A stretch of 64,000 nt of DNA from the NCBI GenBank assembly GCA_016931965.1, contig JAFGDT010000086.1:129142-193141 (forward strand). The letters run 5' to 3'. Shown in pieces: positions 49,461 through 60,231 of the stretch. The number at the start of each line of letters is the position of its first letter. Position 1 is the stretch's first letter. Under the pieces are notes generated by a model. The model saw only the letters and a list, made by a program, of their open reading frames with translations. It did not search any database and was not told where the DNA came from. The position numbers were made by a program, and so were the translations under genes. Origin of the DNA: a bacterium. Lineage in GTDB: Bacteria > Zhuqueibacterota > QNDG01 > DSAB01.

Positions 49461-49714
49461 CGTTCTCCTTTCAAATCATTTTACTGATTAGACCGATTTT
49501 GCCATAAGATACCTACAAAAATCTCAACAAATATATGTTCTTTGAAATTCATATGCAAGGAAAATAGTAAAAATATACATTGATACACACCCACTGATAG
49601 ATAACCACCGAACAATCTTAGCCGAGTCATTACCGTGAAAAAGCATTTGATTTGAAACTTAATATGTATTACCTTAATACGTATCAAATCGGACACTTGA
49701 CATAGGGATCGACT

Positions 49715-50683
49715 TTGAATAAAATCAAAGTGGGCGTTGTCGGTACAGGTCATCTGGGGCGTTTCCATGCAGTGAATTACGCCCAGATTCCGGAGGTCGA
49801 TCTTGTCGGCGTGACCGATATTGAGCCCGGAAAAGCCCGGTCGGTTGCATCGGAAACCGGTTGTACGCCTTATCACGATCTTGAATCTCTGCTCAATAAG
49901 GTTGAAGCGGTCAGCGTGGTCGTACCGACAAACAGCCATTTCAACGTATGCCAGAAAGTCTTGAAAAGCGGCATCCATTGTCTTGTTGAAAAACCGATTG
50001 CGCAAACGACAGACGAAGCGGATCGGCTCATCGCGATGGCCGATCAAAACAGGGTCATTTTTCAGGTCGGCCATGTCGAGCGTTTCAATCCGGCCATGCA
50101 CGCTTTGCAGGGGATGAAAATCGAACCGCGTTTCATTGAGTCTCACCGTTTGGCTCTTTTTAATCCAAGAGGGACAGAAGTCGCCGTCGTACTCGACCTC
50201 ATGATTCATGACATCGACGTCATCCTCAGTCTGGTTCAAAGTCCTGTACAAACGGTTGACGCAAGCGGTGTCGCCGTTGTATCCGATTCGATCGACATTG
50301 CCAATGCAAGAATTCGGTTTGAAAACAACTGCGTGGCCAACCTGACTGCAAGTCGGATATCCCAGAAAAAAATGCGCAAAATGAGGCTCTTTCAAAAAGA
50401 CACCTACATCGCTGTTGATTTTCTCCAGAAGAAATCCGAAATCTTTCAACTGGTGGAAAAAGGAAAGGGAGGCGGATTGGTTGTCGGGGATATTGGTGTA
50501 GAGGACAAAAAAAGAGAGATCATTTATCAAAGTCCTCCTCCTCCTCAAAAAGAAGGATTGAGAAAAGAACTGGAAACATTTATTCAAACCATTCGCGGAA
50601 AAACCCCACCTGCTGTGACAGGAAGGGAAGGCAGAGCTGCTCTTGCGCTGGCGATGGTGATCTTGGAAAAGAGCGAACGATAA
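49715..50683 (+). CDS. Gfo/Idh/MocA family oxidoreductase
   Basis: TTG start. Rossmann VGVVGTGHLGRFH motif. Confidence 0.8.
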   Translation: MNKIKVGVVGTGHLGRFHAVNYAQIPEVDLVGVTDIEPGKARSVASETGCTPYHDLESLLNKVEAVSVVVPTNSHFNVCQKVLKSGIHCLVEKPIAQTTDEADRLIAMADQNRVIFQVGHVERFNPAMHALQGMKIEPRFIESHRLALFNPRGTEVAVVLDLMIHDIDVILSLVQSPVQTVDASGVAVVSDSIDIANARIRFENNCVANLTASRISQKKMRKMRLFQKDTYIAVDFLQKKSEIFQLVEKGKGGGLVVGDIGVEDKKREIIYQSPPPPQKEGLRKELETFIQTIRGKTPPAVTGREGRAALALAMVILEKSER

Positions 50684-51256
50684 ATGGACCTGCGTCACCT
50701 TTTTTTTAAATACAGAAGCTATACACCCATTGGCTTTATCCTGCTGCTTTTGATCTGCGCGGACCCGACATGGCCCCGTTTTTTCTGCGGACTGGCCGTA
50801 CTGCTTTTGGGCGAAACCATTCGCTTTTGGGGTGTGGCCTACGCCGGCAGTGCGACACGAACGACCGGTGCAGCGGGTGGTGACCGCTTGGTGACGGACG
50901 GTCCTTACGGTCATATGCGCAATCCGCTCTATGTGGGTAATTTCTTCATCAGCCTCGGTTTTCTGATCATGACCTGGGTATGGATCCCTTGGATGATTGT
51001 GGTCTTCATGGTACTTTTCGGGCTTCAGTACAGCCTCATTGTTCACCTTGAAGAAGAATATCTGAGTGATCGTTTCAAAGAGTCCTATCGGGAATACAGA
51101 CAATCTGTCCCGAGATGGATTCCCAGACTGAAACTTTATAAAGGATCAGAGGAATCGGATCCCAGGTTCGTCAATACATTGAAATCGGAGCGCAATACAC
51201 TTCAGGCCATTGCGGCTGTGTGCGGTCTTTTGCTCGTTCGATGGCATTTTCTGTAA
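50684..51256 (+). CDS. Isoprenylcysteine carboxyl / phospholipid methyltransferase-family membrane protein
   Basis: GPYGHMRNPLYVGNFF motif of the ICMT/PEMT family; 4-5 TM helices. Confidence 0.65.
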   Translation: MDLRHLFFKYRSYTPIGFILLLLICADPTWPRFFCGLAVLLLGETIRFWGVAYAGSATRTTGAAGGDRLVTDGPYGHMRNPLYVGNFFISLGFLIMTWVWIPWMIVVFMVLFGLQYSLIVHLEEEYLSDRFKESYREYRQSVPRWIPRLKLYKGSEESDPRFVNTLKSERNTLQAIAAVCGLLLVRWHFL

Positions 51257-51258
51257 CC

Positions 51259-52446
51259 ATGAAAACAATTCAAAAATCGATTTTGATCATTGCCGGCGAA
51301 AGCTCGGGTGATATTCACGGATCCGGCCTCATCAGAGAAATCAAAAAAAAGAATCCGGCAATCGCCTGTTTCGGGATCGGGGGTGACCGGATGGCTGAAG
51401 CTGGTTTTGACATCGTTTATCATGTTTCAGGGATGTCTTTTTTAGGTTTCATTGAGGTATTGAAACATCTTCCCTTTATCAGACGTGTCTTTCGCAGAAT
51501 GACAAGACTTCTCAAAGAGAAAAACCCTTCTCTGGTTTTATTAATCGATTATCCCGGTTTTAATCTGCGATTTGCCAAAGCAGCCAAAAACAGAGGTATA
51601 CCGGTTCTATATTATATCAGCCCTCAGGTGTGGGCATGGGGAGAAAAAAGGGTCAAAAAAATGGCCCGTTTAATTGATCGCATGATCGTCATTTTCCCCT
51701 TCGAAGAGGATATCTATAAAAAAGAGGGGATGGATGTTCAATATGTCGGACATCCGTTAAAGGACGTCGTTAAACCTTCACTTCCGAAAGAGCGTTTCTT
51801 CAAAGATCTGGGGATGGATCCTCAGCATCCGACAATCGGCCTGTTGCCCGGATCCCGCAGACAGGAAGTGGATCACCTGCTCCCAGAAATGCTGAAAGCC
51901 TGTCATGGGTTACAGAGAAAGATTCCGCATCTTCAGCTCATCGTGGGACTGGCGCCCACACTTTCAGATGAAGTGTACAGGCCATTGATGAAGGAGACGG
52001 ACCATATTCAGATGGTTCGCAACAGAACATATGATGTGATGGCCTACGCCGATATGGTTCTCGTGGCCTCCGGAACAGCGACATTGGAAACGGCCATACT
52101 GGGTACACCCATGGTCATTCTCTATAAGATGTCCTCTCTATCCTACTGGATCGGAAGACTGCTGGTCAAGGTGAAGCAGATTGGGCTGGTCAACATCGTT
52201 GCCGGAAAATCGGTTGTCCCCGAACTGATACAGGGAGAAGTCAGGGCGGAGAAAATCGCAAAGGAAGCGATGGATATCATGTCAAACCGACAGAGAAGAG
52301 AAAAAATGAAAAAAGACTTAAAAGAGGTCTCCCACATATTGGGAGAAAAAGGCGCCTCAGAACGAGCTGCGAAAAGTGTCATCGAATTCATCAATAGACC
52401 ACCCATTTTAAATACATTTGCCCGCTCGGGAGAGGTGAATCGTTGA
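51259..52446 (+). CDS. lpxB: Lipid-A-disaccharide synthase
   Basis: ILIIAGESSGDIHG N-terminus, GT-B fold. ATG at 51259 chosen over the overlapping upstream ATG. Confidence 0.85.
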   Translation: MKTIQKSILIIAGESSGDIHGSGLIREIKKKNPAIACFGIGGDRMAEAGFDIVYHVSGMSFLGFIEVLKHLPFIRRVFRRMTRLLKEKNPSLVLLIDYPGFNLRFAKAAKNRGIPVLYYISPQVWAWGEKRVKKMARLIDRMIVIFPFEEDIYKKEGMDVQYVGHPLKDVVKPSLPKERFFKDLGMDPQHPTIGLLPGSRRQEVDHLLPEMLKACHGLQRKIPHLQLIVGLAPTLSDEVYRPLMKETDHIQMVRNRTYDVMAYADMVLVASGTATLETAILGTPMVILYKMSSLSYWIGRLLVKVKQIGLVNIVAGKSVVPELIQGEVRAEKIAKEAMDIMSNRQRREKMKKDLKEVSHILGEKGASERAAKSVIEFINRPPILNTFARSGEVNR

Positions 52447-53516
52447 TCAGGATATGGAAAAGTGCATTCTGGGGATACATATTATGGCCTCTTTCAATTC
52501 TTTACAGAGCAGGATGGATTCTTCGAAACCAGCTCTACAGGTGGGGTATTTTATCATCGATCCGTCTCGACACAAAAGTCATTGGTGTGGGGAATGTGAC
52601 AGTGGGGGGAACAGGAAAAACACCTTGTGTGGAAAGAATGTCTCATCTGTTGCGTGAACGAGGGTGTCGGATCGTTGTTTTAAGCAGGGGCTTCAGACGA
52701 AAGAGAAGAGGAAGCGTTGTGGTGTCAGACGGAGAAAAAATAAACGTGAATTATAGACAGGCCGGTGACGAACCGATGCTCCTGGCAAAGAGTCTTTCGG
52801 GAATCCCCGTCATCGTCGGGAAGAACCGCGCCAAAACAGGTCGTTTGGCAGTCAAAAACTGGAAGATCGATGTTCTATTGCTCGACGATGCGTTTCAAAA
52901 CAAACAGTTGAAAAAAGATCTTGACCTTGTCGTAATGGACTCCACCAACTTATGGGGCAACGGAAGACTCCTTCCGGCCGGTCCTCTCCGGGAACCTCTG
53001 AAGGGATTAAAACGCGCAGACGCCATCCTATTGTCAAGGGTAAATGAACAAAGGGTAAGTGAAAAGGATGCCCGACGTATACAAGAATTATCTGGCGCAA
53101 AAATTTTTTCAGCCATTCACAAACCGGTCCACTTTGTTTCCATTCAAGACAAAAAAAAATACGAATTGGACACGTTAAGAAATAAAAAAGGAATCGCTTT
53201 CGCAGGGATTGGCAACCCGGACTCTTTTCAAAAAACCTTACGCTCTGTCGGTATGGTACTGATCGATTTTCTTGTTTTTCGGGATCACCATGGATATCAA
53301 CCAGCCGATTTAAAAAAAATCATTCAGCGAGCAGAATCACAAAAAGCCGAAGTGCTGGTCACAACGGAAAAAGACCATGTCCGACTCCCTCCATACTGGA
53401 ATCCGCCGATTCCCGCCTATGTTTTAAAAATCGCGTTTGAGATCCAAAAAGGATTTCAAGAACTCAACCAATTACTGGATTCCGTTTTAACACCACAAAA
53501 AGAAGGGGGAATCTAA
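52443..53516 (+). CDS. lpxK: Tetraacyldisaccharide 4'-kinase
   Basis: P-loop VGNVTVGGTGKTP. Overlaps the lpxB stop (translational coupling). Confidence 0.85.
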   Translation: MIRIWKSAFWGYILWPLSILYRAGWILRNQLYRWGILSSIRLDTKVIGVGNVTVGGTGKTPCVERMSHLLRERGCRIVVLSRGFRRKRRGSVVVSDGEKINVNYRQAGDEPMLLAKSLSGIPVIVGKNRAKTGRLAVKNWKIDVLLLDDAFQNKQLKKDLDLVVMDSTNLWGNGRLLPAGPLREPLKGLKRADAILLSRVNEQRVSEKDARRIQELSGAKIFSAIHKPVHFVSIQDKKKYELDTLRNKKGIAFAGIGNPDSFQKTLRSVGMVLIDFLVFRDHHGYQPADLKKIIQRAESQKAEVLVTTEKDHVRLPPYWNPPIPAYVLKIAFEIQKGFQELNQLLDSVLTPQKEGGI

Positions 53517-54886
53517 TGGAAAAGAAAAGAATTATCGTTGTGGATGACGATAAAAACACAAGATTACTCATCGAAAATATCCTGACCAAAACCAGACAAT
53601 ACGATGTGATTCAGGCCAGGAATGGAGAAGCCTGCCTGAGAAAGTTAAATGAAACCCATGTCAACCTGATCCTGCTGGATCTTCAAATGCCGGGGATCGA
53701 TGGCATTGAAACACTGAAACGGATCAAAAAACAGGCGCCCCATATCCCCGTCATTATCATGACCGCACACGGCACCATCGAAAAAGCCGTCCATTCGATG
53801 AAGCTGGGATCATACGACTTTCTCACCAAACCTTTCCCCGCTGAACGGCTGAAGGTGACCGTGAAAAACGCGCTGGAAGCCGTGGCTCTGGAAACAGAGG
53901 TGAAGAGTTTGCGATCGGTACTGGATTCCCGCTTTCAATTCAAAAACATTATCGGGCGAAGCGGTGTGATGCAGGAAGTCTTTCGTGCAGTCGAAAAAGT
54001 CATTGACAGCGATGTCACCGTACTGATTCAGGGAGAGAGTGGGACAGGTAAAGAGCTCATTGCCCGTGCCATCCATAACGAAAGCAAAGTGAGACATGCC
54101 AAACCCTTCGTGGCCGTCAACTGTACGGCGCTTCCCGAATCGCTTCTGGAAAGTGAACTTTTCGGACACGAAAAAGGTGCCTTTACCGGAGCAGCGTCAC
54201 GCAGAATCGGCAAGTTCGAACTGGCCAATGGTGGTACGGTTTTTCTGGATGAAATCGGGGAGATGAGTCCTTCCACACAGGCTAAAATATTACGCGTGCT
54301 TCAGGAGCGGGAATTCGAACGTCTGGGAGGAAACGCCCTGGTAAAGGTCAATATTCGGCTTCTTTCAGCAACCAATAAAAATCTCGAAGAAGAAGTCCGA
54401 AAAGGAACTTTGCGGGAGGATCTCTATTACCGAATCAGTGTTTTCCCCATCAAATTGCCTCCTCTTCGAGAACGAAAGGAGGATATTCCTCTGCTCGTCT
54501 CTCATTTTCTGGAACGATACAGTGAACGTGAAAATAAAAAAATAAAAGGGATTCAGCGTGAAGCGTTAAATGTTTTGTTGGGTTACCACTGGCCGGGAAA
54601 TGTACGCGAACTGGAAAATGCCATCGAAAGAGCCGTGGTGATCAACAATACGGGTCAAATCATCATGAACGATCTGCCTCAGCACATTGTGACCTTTGGA
54701 CGGGAAGGGATTGAATATCCTGACGAGACACTGCCCCGGTGGATTGAGAGACTCGAAATTGAGGTGTTGCAAAAAACGCTTCTTGAATTTGAAGGCAATA
54801 TCACACAGGCTGCCAAAAAATTGGGTATCGGCAGAGCCACAATCTATCGAAAAGCAAAAAAATACAATTTACCCATTTCCAAATAA
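53516..54886 (+). CDS. Sigma-54-dependent response regulator (NtrC/Fis family)
   Basis: Receiver domain (DDD...DLQMPGIDG), AAA+ sigma54-interaction domain ([14 protein letters not shown]) and a C-terminal Fis-type HTH. Confidence 0.85.
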   Translation: MEKKRIIVVDDDKNTRLLIENILTKTRQYDVIQARNGEACLRKLNETHVNLILLDLQMPGIDGIETLKRIKKQAPHIPVIIMTAHGTIEKAVHSMKLGSYDFLTKPFPAERLKVTVKNALEAVALETEVKSLRSVLDSRFQFKNIIGRSGVMQEVFRAVEKVIDSDVTVLIQGESGTGKELIARAIHNESKVRHAKPFVAVNCTALPESLLESELFGHEKGAFTGAASRRIGKFELANGGTVFLDEIGEMSPSTQAKILRVLQEREFERLGGNALVKVNIRLLSATNKNLEEEVRKGTLREDLYYRISVFPIKLPPLRERKEDIPLLVSHFLERYSERENKKIKGIQREALNVLLGYHWPGNVRELENAIERAVVINNTGQIIMNDLPQHIVTFGREGIEYPDETLPRWIERLEIEVLQKTLLEFEGNITQAAKKLGIGRATIYRKAKKYNLPISK

Positions 54887-54896
54887 GGAGAACAGA

Positions 54897-56549
54897 TTGA
54901 CACATGTTTCAGATTTTTTGGTCATCGGCAGCGGCGTAGCCGGACTCTCATTTGCGCTTCACAGCGCCGAAATCGGCACAGTCACGATTCTCACAAAAAA
55001 ACAGCGTGCAGATTCAAACACAAACCATGCACAGGGAGGCATTGCTTCTGTTTTTGGGAAAGACGATTCTTTTCATCTCCATATCCGGGACACGCTAAAA
55101 GCCGGTGTCGGACTGTGTCATCCCAAAGCGGTTGAATTGATTGTCAAACAGGGTCCTGAACGGGTCAGAGAACTTGAAAAATGGGGCGTAATCTTTACCC
55201 ATCAGACAAAACAGAAGGGTATTTTTGATCTCGGAAGGGAGGGGGGACATTCAAAGAACAGAATTGTGCACGCCAAAGACAAGACCGGCATGGTGTTGGA
55301 GCACGCGCTTCTTGAGCGCGTCTTCGACCATCCTCAAATCGAAGTGAAAGAGAATCACATGGCTGTGGAACTGATCACCGAGCACCACTTAATGGGAGGC
55401 GGTAAAACCCGGGAAGACAAAGTTCATTGCTGGGGTGTCTATGCATTGAATGGGGAAACAGGAGAGGTCGATGTTTACCTTTCAAAAATCACCCTGTTGG
55501 CCTCGGGAGGAACGGGCAGGGTCTATCTCCATACCACAAATCCCTCCATTGCCAAAGGCGACGGGATTGCCATGGCTTACCGGGCGGGAGCAGCTGTTGC
55601 CAATCTTGAGTTTATGCAATTTCATCCGACAAGTCTCTATCATCCAGATGGAGACTCTTTCCTGATCTCGGAAGCGGTTAGAGGATTCGGGGGTATCCTC
55701 AGAACGGAGTCGGGTGAAGCCTTTATGAAAAAATACAATCCCCAGGCCGATTTGGCTCCGCGGGACATCGTCGCCAGAGCGATCGACGCTGAAATGAAAA
55801 AACGGGGTGATACGTGCGTCTATCTGGATGTGACCCACCTCAATGCGGCAGAAGTTCGGGACCATTTCCCCCAGATCAATGAACGTCTGCTCTCATTAAA
55901 AATCGACATGACCCGTGAGCCCATTCCGGTTGTGCCCGCGGCCCATTACATGTGCGGCGGTGTTTTAACCGATCTGGAGGGCAGGAGTACAATAAAAAGC
56001 CTCTACGTGACTGGGGAAACCGCCTGCACCGGCGTCCATGGCGCAAACCGTTTGGCATCCAACTCCCTTTTGGAAGCACTCGTTTTTTCCTATCAGGCCT
56101 TTTTGGATGCTCAGAAAAAATTTGAAAAGGGTAAAATAAAGCTCCCGATGATCCCGCCGTGGGATGACAAAGGCACCTTTAATCAGGAGGAGTGGGTGCT
56201 CATTTCACACGATGAGAGAGAAATTCAAAGGCTGATGTGGGATTATGTCGGCATTGTGCGCTCCAATGAAAGATTGGGACGTGCCGGAAGACGAATCAAC
56301 ATGATATCCGATGAAATTGATAAATTCTACAGGAAAACGAAAGTAACCGCAGGCCTTCTTGAGCTTCGGAACATGGCCTGTGTTGCTTCCCTGATCACCC
56401 GTTCCGCGCTCTTCAGAAAAGAGAGCCGGGGTCTTCACCACACAACGGATTATCCGGAGAGGAACGACGCAGAATGGCTGGGCAATACCATAATCAAAAC
56501 AGATAAGACATTTCTTAAACCGATCGACGCACCGCTATCATCCATATAA
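54897..56549 (+). CDS. nadB: L-aspartate oxidase
   Basis: TTG start at 54897 with an AAGGAG SD. FAD motif FLVIGSGVAGLSFAL; HAQGGIA; succinate-dehydrogenase/fumarate-reductase flavoprotein fold. Confidence 0.85.
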   Translation: MTHVSDFLVIGSGVAGLSFALHSAEIGTVTILTKKQRADSNTNHAQGGIASVFGKDDSFHLHIRDTLKAGVGLCHPKAVELIVKQGPERVRELEKWGVIFTHQTKQKGIFDLGREGGHSKNRIVHAKDKTGMVLEHALLERVFDHPQIEVKENHMAVELITEHHLMGGGKTREDKVHCWGVYALNGETGEVDVYLSKITLLASGGTGRVYLHTTNPSIAKGDGIAMAYRAGAAVANLEFMQFHPTSLYHPDGDSFLISEAVRGFGGILRTESGEAFMKKYNPQADLAPRDIVARAIDAEMKKRGDTCVYLDVTHLNAAEVRDHFPQINERLLSLKIDMTREPIPVVPAAHYMCGGVLTDLEGRSTIKSLYVTGETACTGVHGANRLASNSLLEALVFSYQAFLDAQKKFEKGKIKLPMIPPWDDKGTFNQEEWVLISHDEREIQRLMWDYVGIVRSNERLGRAGRRINMISDEIDKFYRKTKVTAGLLELRNMACVASLITRSALFRKESRGLHHTTDYPERNDAEWLGNTIIKTDKTFLKPIDAPLSSI

Positions 56550-56561
56550 TATGGAGCAAAC

Positions 56562-57383
56562 ATGGTGATCGGGCTTACAGCAGATTCATATCGCAAAATT
56601 CCTGTTTCAACCATTCTCTCGATGATAAAATGGATCGGCGTCCAGGCTTCCGAAGTCACGCAGCACGTATTCGTTCATCCGGAAAGGGTACTGAAAAACA
56701 GTCGGGGGATGAAGCTCGGACTTCATTTGCCCAATGTTGGCAATGACGGTTACGATCTCTCTTCCCTCATGTACAAGGAAGAAATCGAATGGAGCCTTGG
56801 AAAGGTTGCCCAATACGGAGACCGATTTCAATTTCAATATGCGGTTTTTCATCCTCCGGAAAGAGATACCTCCCAGCAATCACTCGATTTTTATATAAGC
56901 AACCTTCACCAAATTCCAATCCCCCTTATCTTGGAAAATCCGCGTGGCTGGTCACGCGATCGATTCAGTCGTTTTTTCAGGGATATTCAAGACAAACTGG
57001 AAGACCGGCTCCACGGTATCTGTCTCGACATCCCCCATGCTCACCTGGCCGGAGAAGACTGGGTCGCATTTTATCAGATATTCAGGGAGCAGATCAGGGT
57101 CATTCATCTTTCCGATTGCAAAGAGGAAGAGGATCTTCATCTTCCCTTCAATTGCGGAGGCGACCTCAACCTGCAGGACATACTGACCACCCTGAAAAAA
57201 GAAGGATTTGACGGTATCCTCAATCTCGAAATCAAACCACCATCGATAAATCATTTGGATTATTTCTTTGAAACCTACATGCAAACCCAGGAGTTCTGCC
57301 ATCCGGGCAATTATAAGAAAATGAAACGTCGCATGAAAATCGTGAACCGTTTGGGTCGATGTTTAGGACGATTTTTCAAATAG
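56562..57383 (+). CDS. Sugar phosphate isomerase/epimerase (xylose-isomerase-like TIM barrel)
   Basis: AP-endonuclease 2 / TIM-barrel features (HLPN, VFHPP, IHLSD, LNLEI). Confidence 0.55.
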   Translation: MVIGLTADSYRKIPVSTILSMIKWIGVQASEVTQHVFVHPERVLKNSRGMKLGLHLPNVGNDGYDLSSLMYKEEIEWSLGKVAQYGDRFQFQYAVFHPPERDTSQQSLDFYISNLHQIPIPLILENPRGWSRDRFSRFFRDIQDKLEDRLHGICLDIPHAHLAGEDWVAFYQIFREQIRVIHLSDCKEEEDLHLPFNCGGDLNLQDILTTLKKEGFDGILNLEIKPPSINHLDYFFETYMQTQEFCHPGNYKKMKRRMKIVNRLGRCLGRFFK

Positions 57384-57390
57384 GGGGATG

Positions 57391-57421
57391 GTGTCATTCT
57401 GAGCGGAGTCGAAGAATGGGG
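57391..57421 (+). repeat. 33-bp dispersed hairpin repeat, copy 2 of 3
   Basis: gtgtcattctgagcggagtcgaagaatgggg. Confidence 0.55.
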
Positions 57422-57733
57422 GGAAGAGCCATAATACAACATTTAATCGGGACGAATGTCCCCATTCATTCAAACGCTCAGTTCGGATATCCTTGGCAAT
57501 CCAGACATTCATGCATTATCTTAAGCAGGTATCTATGGACGGAGTGAAGATAGATAGAATACCGTATGTCAAATAAAGTAAGCTTCAATTAAAACATACC
57601 TTTTACTCAATTGAATTACAATTATACGCCTTGATGAACCATCATCAACTCTAAAAAATAAAATATGTTGATTATGAAGTATATAATGTTTATATTTGAA
57701 AGTATAAACAATATAGTGTGGAGATAATTAACA

Positions 57734-57976
57734 ATGAAAGCGACTGCAAAAGACTTACGGTTCCATTCAAAAGAGCTGTTGGACACGGTTTCCCGGGGGG
57801 AGGAAGTTATTATTACATTACGCGGCAAACCTCATGCGAAACTGATACCCATCAACAGAACAGATAAAAATAATGAATCTGTTGACAATGCTCTTTTTGG
57901 TATATGGAAAGATAATCAATCGGTCAAAAATGTGGATTCATATATTCGAAATCTGAGAAAAGGAAGATTCCAATGA
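57734..57976 (+). CDS. Type II antitoxin, Phd/YefM family
   Basis: 80 aa, MKATAKDLRFHSKELLDTVSRGEEVIITLRGKP. Its stop overlaps the start of the PIN gene. Confidence 0.65.
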   Translation: MKATAKDLRFHSKELLDTVSRGEEVIITLRGKPHAKLIPINRTDKNNESVDNALFGIWKDNQSVKNVDSYIRNLRKGRFQ

Positions 57977-58350
57977 TGGTCGATACCGATGTGCTTATCT
58001 GGTACATGCGAGGCAATGAAAAAGCATTGAAAATAATCAATCAACAAAATGCGTTTCACATATCGGTCGTGACCTATATTGAACTGGTTCAGGGAATGCG
58101 AAACAAAGATGAACTGAATGCACTCAGAAATGCCTTAAGGAATTGGAACACGAAGATTCTCTATATCACCGAAGAAATATCTTCAAAGGCCATGTTTTAC
58201 ATTGAACGTCACTATTTAAGTCATGCCTTGCAATTGGCCGATTCCCTCATACGTGCGACTGCTCTGGCAAACGGATTAACGCTCTTGACCGCCAATGACA
58301 AACATTATAAAATGATTAACGAATTGAAATTAAAAATCTTCAGACCATAA
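57973..58350 (+). CDS. Type II toxin, PIN-domain VapC family
   Basis: MMVDTDVLI (first Asp) and conserved acidic residues; 125 aa. Confidence 0.75.
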   Translation: MMVDTDVLIWYMRGNEKALKIINQQNAFHISVVTYIELVQGMRNKDELNALRNALRNWNTKILYITEEISSKAMFYIERHYLSHALQLADSLIRATALANGLTLLTANDKHYKMINELKLKIFRP

Positions 58351-58368
58351 CAGACCATAAATGCAAAC

Positions 58369-59136
58369 CTATTTAAATCTCTCAATTGAAGCATACGCAC
58401 TGTGGTTGTGTATCGACTCCATGTTTTCGGACTGGACATGATACCATGAAATCCGGGGATCGATATCCAGCTTCTTGGCCACCTCCCGGACAACATCTTC
58501 CACAAACATGGGATTATCGTAGGCCTGTTCTGTCACGGCCTTCTCATCCTTCCGCTTGAGCAGCGCGTAAAGCGGACTCGAAGCCGAACTCTCCGCCAGC
58601 TCGATGAGCTCCTCAATCCAGATAAATCCATGGTAGCGAATCTGAATGCGGACGAGGGACCGCTGGTTGTGGGCACCCCGCTCGGAAAGCTCTTTCGAAC
58701 AGGGACAGAGTGTCGTCACAGGAACCTCAATGCCTAAGATGAAATCTTCTTTTTCCCTGAGCGTCACCTGATACGTGCAGCGATACTCCAGGAGACTTTT
58801 TGCTCGCGTCACAGGAGCCGATTTCTCCATAAAATAGGGAAACGTGACTTCCATATGGGCCTCTTCGGCATGCAGCTTGGTCTTCATCTGCTGGAGCACC
58901 TCTCCGATCCTGTCGATATGCAGTTCACGATGATGTTCGTTAAGGATTTCCACAAAACGGCTCATGTGTGTGCCCCGAAAGCGGTGCGGCAGATTGACAT
59001 ACATGTTGATCGAACCGACCGTATGCTGGAAACCATTCGCTTTATCGAGCACGGTGATGGGATAACTCAGATTTTTAACGCCGACTTTATCGATGGGTAT
59101 TTTCCGGGGATCGTGCTGACTCTGGATATCGGTCAC
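58369..59136 (-). CDS. folE2: GTP cyclohydrolase FolE2/MptA
   Basis: GVKNLSYPI, PHRFRGTHMSRF and the Cys/His/Glu zinc-site motifs. Confidence 0.8.
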   Translation of the reverse strand: MTDIQSQHDPRKIPIDKVGVKNLSYPITVLDKANGFQHTVGSINMYVNLPHRFRGTHMSRFVEILNEHHRELHIDRIGEVLQQMKTKLHAEEAHMEVTFPYFMEKSAPVTRAKSLLEYRCTYQVTLREKEDFILGIEVPVTTLCPCSKELSERGAHNQRSLVRIQIRYHGFIWIEELIELAESSASSPLYALLKRKDEKAVTEQAYDNPMFVEDVVREVAKKLDIDPRISWYHVQSENMESIHNHSAYASIERFK

Positions 59137-59139
59137 GGA

Positions 59140-59523
59140 TCAGGACTCCTTTTTATACTCCGCTTTGACGACGGTCTTGACATTCCCCCGGGGATTGAAA
59201 TCCCCAACGACCTCCATCCAGCGCGGTTGACACACTTTGACCAGGTCATCCAAAATCCGGTTCACCGACTCCTCGTGAAAGACCTCCTGATCACGAAATT
59301 TGTTAATATAAAGTTTGAGCGATTTGAGCTCAATGATCAGCTTATCCGGAATATACTTCACATGAATGGTTGCAAAATCGGGATAGCCGGTGATGGGACA
59401 GAGACAGGTAAATTCGGGAAGTGTTATCTCCACTTCATAATCCCGCTGGGGATACCGGTTCTCGACAGCGGAGAGTTTGGAGTTGAGAATTTCTTTCTGT
59501 CCGCGCTTCAGTTTCTCTGTCAT
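59140..59523 (-). CDS. queF: NADPH-dependent 7-cyano-7-deazaguanine reductase
   Basis: [17 protein letters not shown] and the QueF motif. Start reassigned to the internal ATG (MTEKLKRG) to avoid overlap with queC. Confidence 0.85.
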   Translation of the reverse strand: MTEKLKRGQKEILNSKLSAVENRYPQRDYEVEITLPEFTCLCPITGYPDFATIHVKYIPDKLIIELKSLKLYINKFRDQEVFHEESVNRILDDLVKVCQPRWMEVVGDFNPRGNVKTVVKAEYKKES

Positions 59524-59543
59524 TGGAATACCTCTTGTATCAT

Positions 59544-60230
59544 TTAAACCACATATTGTGTCGGATCCGGAATTCCGGCTTCCCTGAATCCCTTTTCCCT
59601 GAGCAGACAGCTGTCGCACTGCCCGCAGGCTTTGCCGTCTGGTGAGGGATCATAGCAGCTCTGCGTCATGCCGTAGTCGATGCCCAGTTCATGCCCCTTC
59701 TGAATAATTTGAGATTTTGTCATTTGAATCAATGGCGTATGAACTCGAATCCTTTGACCTTCCACACCCGCGCGCGTGCCCAGATTGGCCATCTTCTCAA
59801 AAGCCTCTATGAACTGCGGCCGGCAGTCTGGATATCCGGAGTAATCCAGCACATTGACACCGATAAAAATATCCGACGCACCCAGGCTTTCTGCCCAGGA
59901 GAGCGCAAAGGAGAGAAAAATCGTATTCCGGGCCGGTACATAGGTTACAGGCACATGCTGCGACATTTCCTCCTCTGACCGCTCTTTGGGCACTGGGATC
60001 TCCGTCGTCAGAGCCGAACCGCCGATGGAGGCTAAGTCGATGGTCAGGATGAGATGGTCTTTGACCGACATGGATCTCGCAACACGCCGGGCCGCTTCAA
60101 TCTCAAATTGATTCCTCTGTCCGTATCGAAAACTCAGTGCATAGAGATGATATCCTTCGGCTTTCGCACAACCCAAAGTGGTTGTCGAGTCGATGCCTCC
60201 GCTGAGCAGAACCACCGCTTTTCCCGCCAC
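59544..60230 (-). CDS. queC: 7-cyano-7-deazaguanine synthase
   Basis: PP-loop [10 protein letters not shown]; C-terminal Zn Cys cluster CGQCDSC. Confidence 0.9.
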   Translation of the reverse strand: MAGKAVVLLSGGIDSTTTLGCAKAEGYHLYALSFRYGQRNQFEIEAARRVARSMSVKDHLILTIDLASIGGSALTTEIPVPKERSEEEMSQHVPVTYVPARNTIFLSFALSWAESLGASDIFIGVNVLDYSGYPDCRPQFIEAFEKMANLGTRAGVEGQRIRVHTPLIQMTKSQIIQKGHELGIDYGMTQSCYDPSPDGKACGQCDSCLLREKGFREAGIPDPTQYVV

Positions 60231-60231
60231 C

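Noticed and set aside
49481-51103. 540-aa ORF on the minus strand
   Set aside because: It is antisense to two well-supported plus-strand genes (Gfo/Idh/MocA oxidoreductase and ICMT-family methyltransferase). It is His/Cys/Arg-rich and low-complexity with no recognisable domain, so it is spurious.
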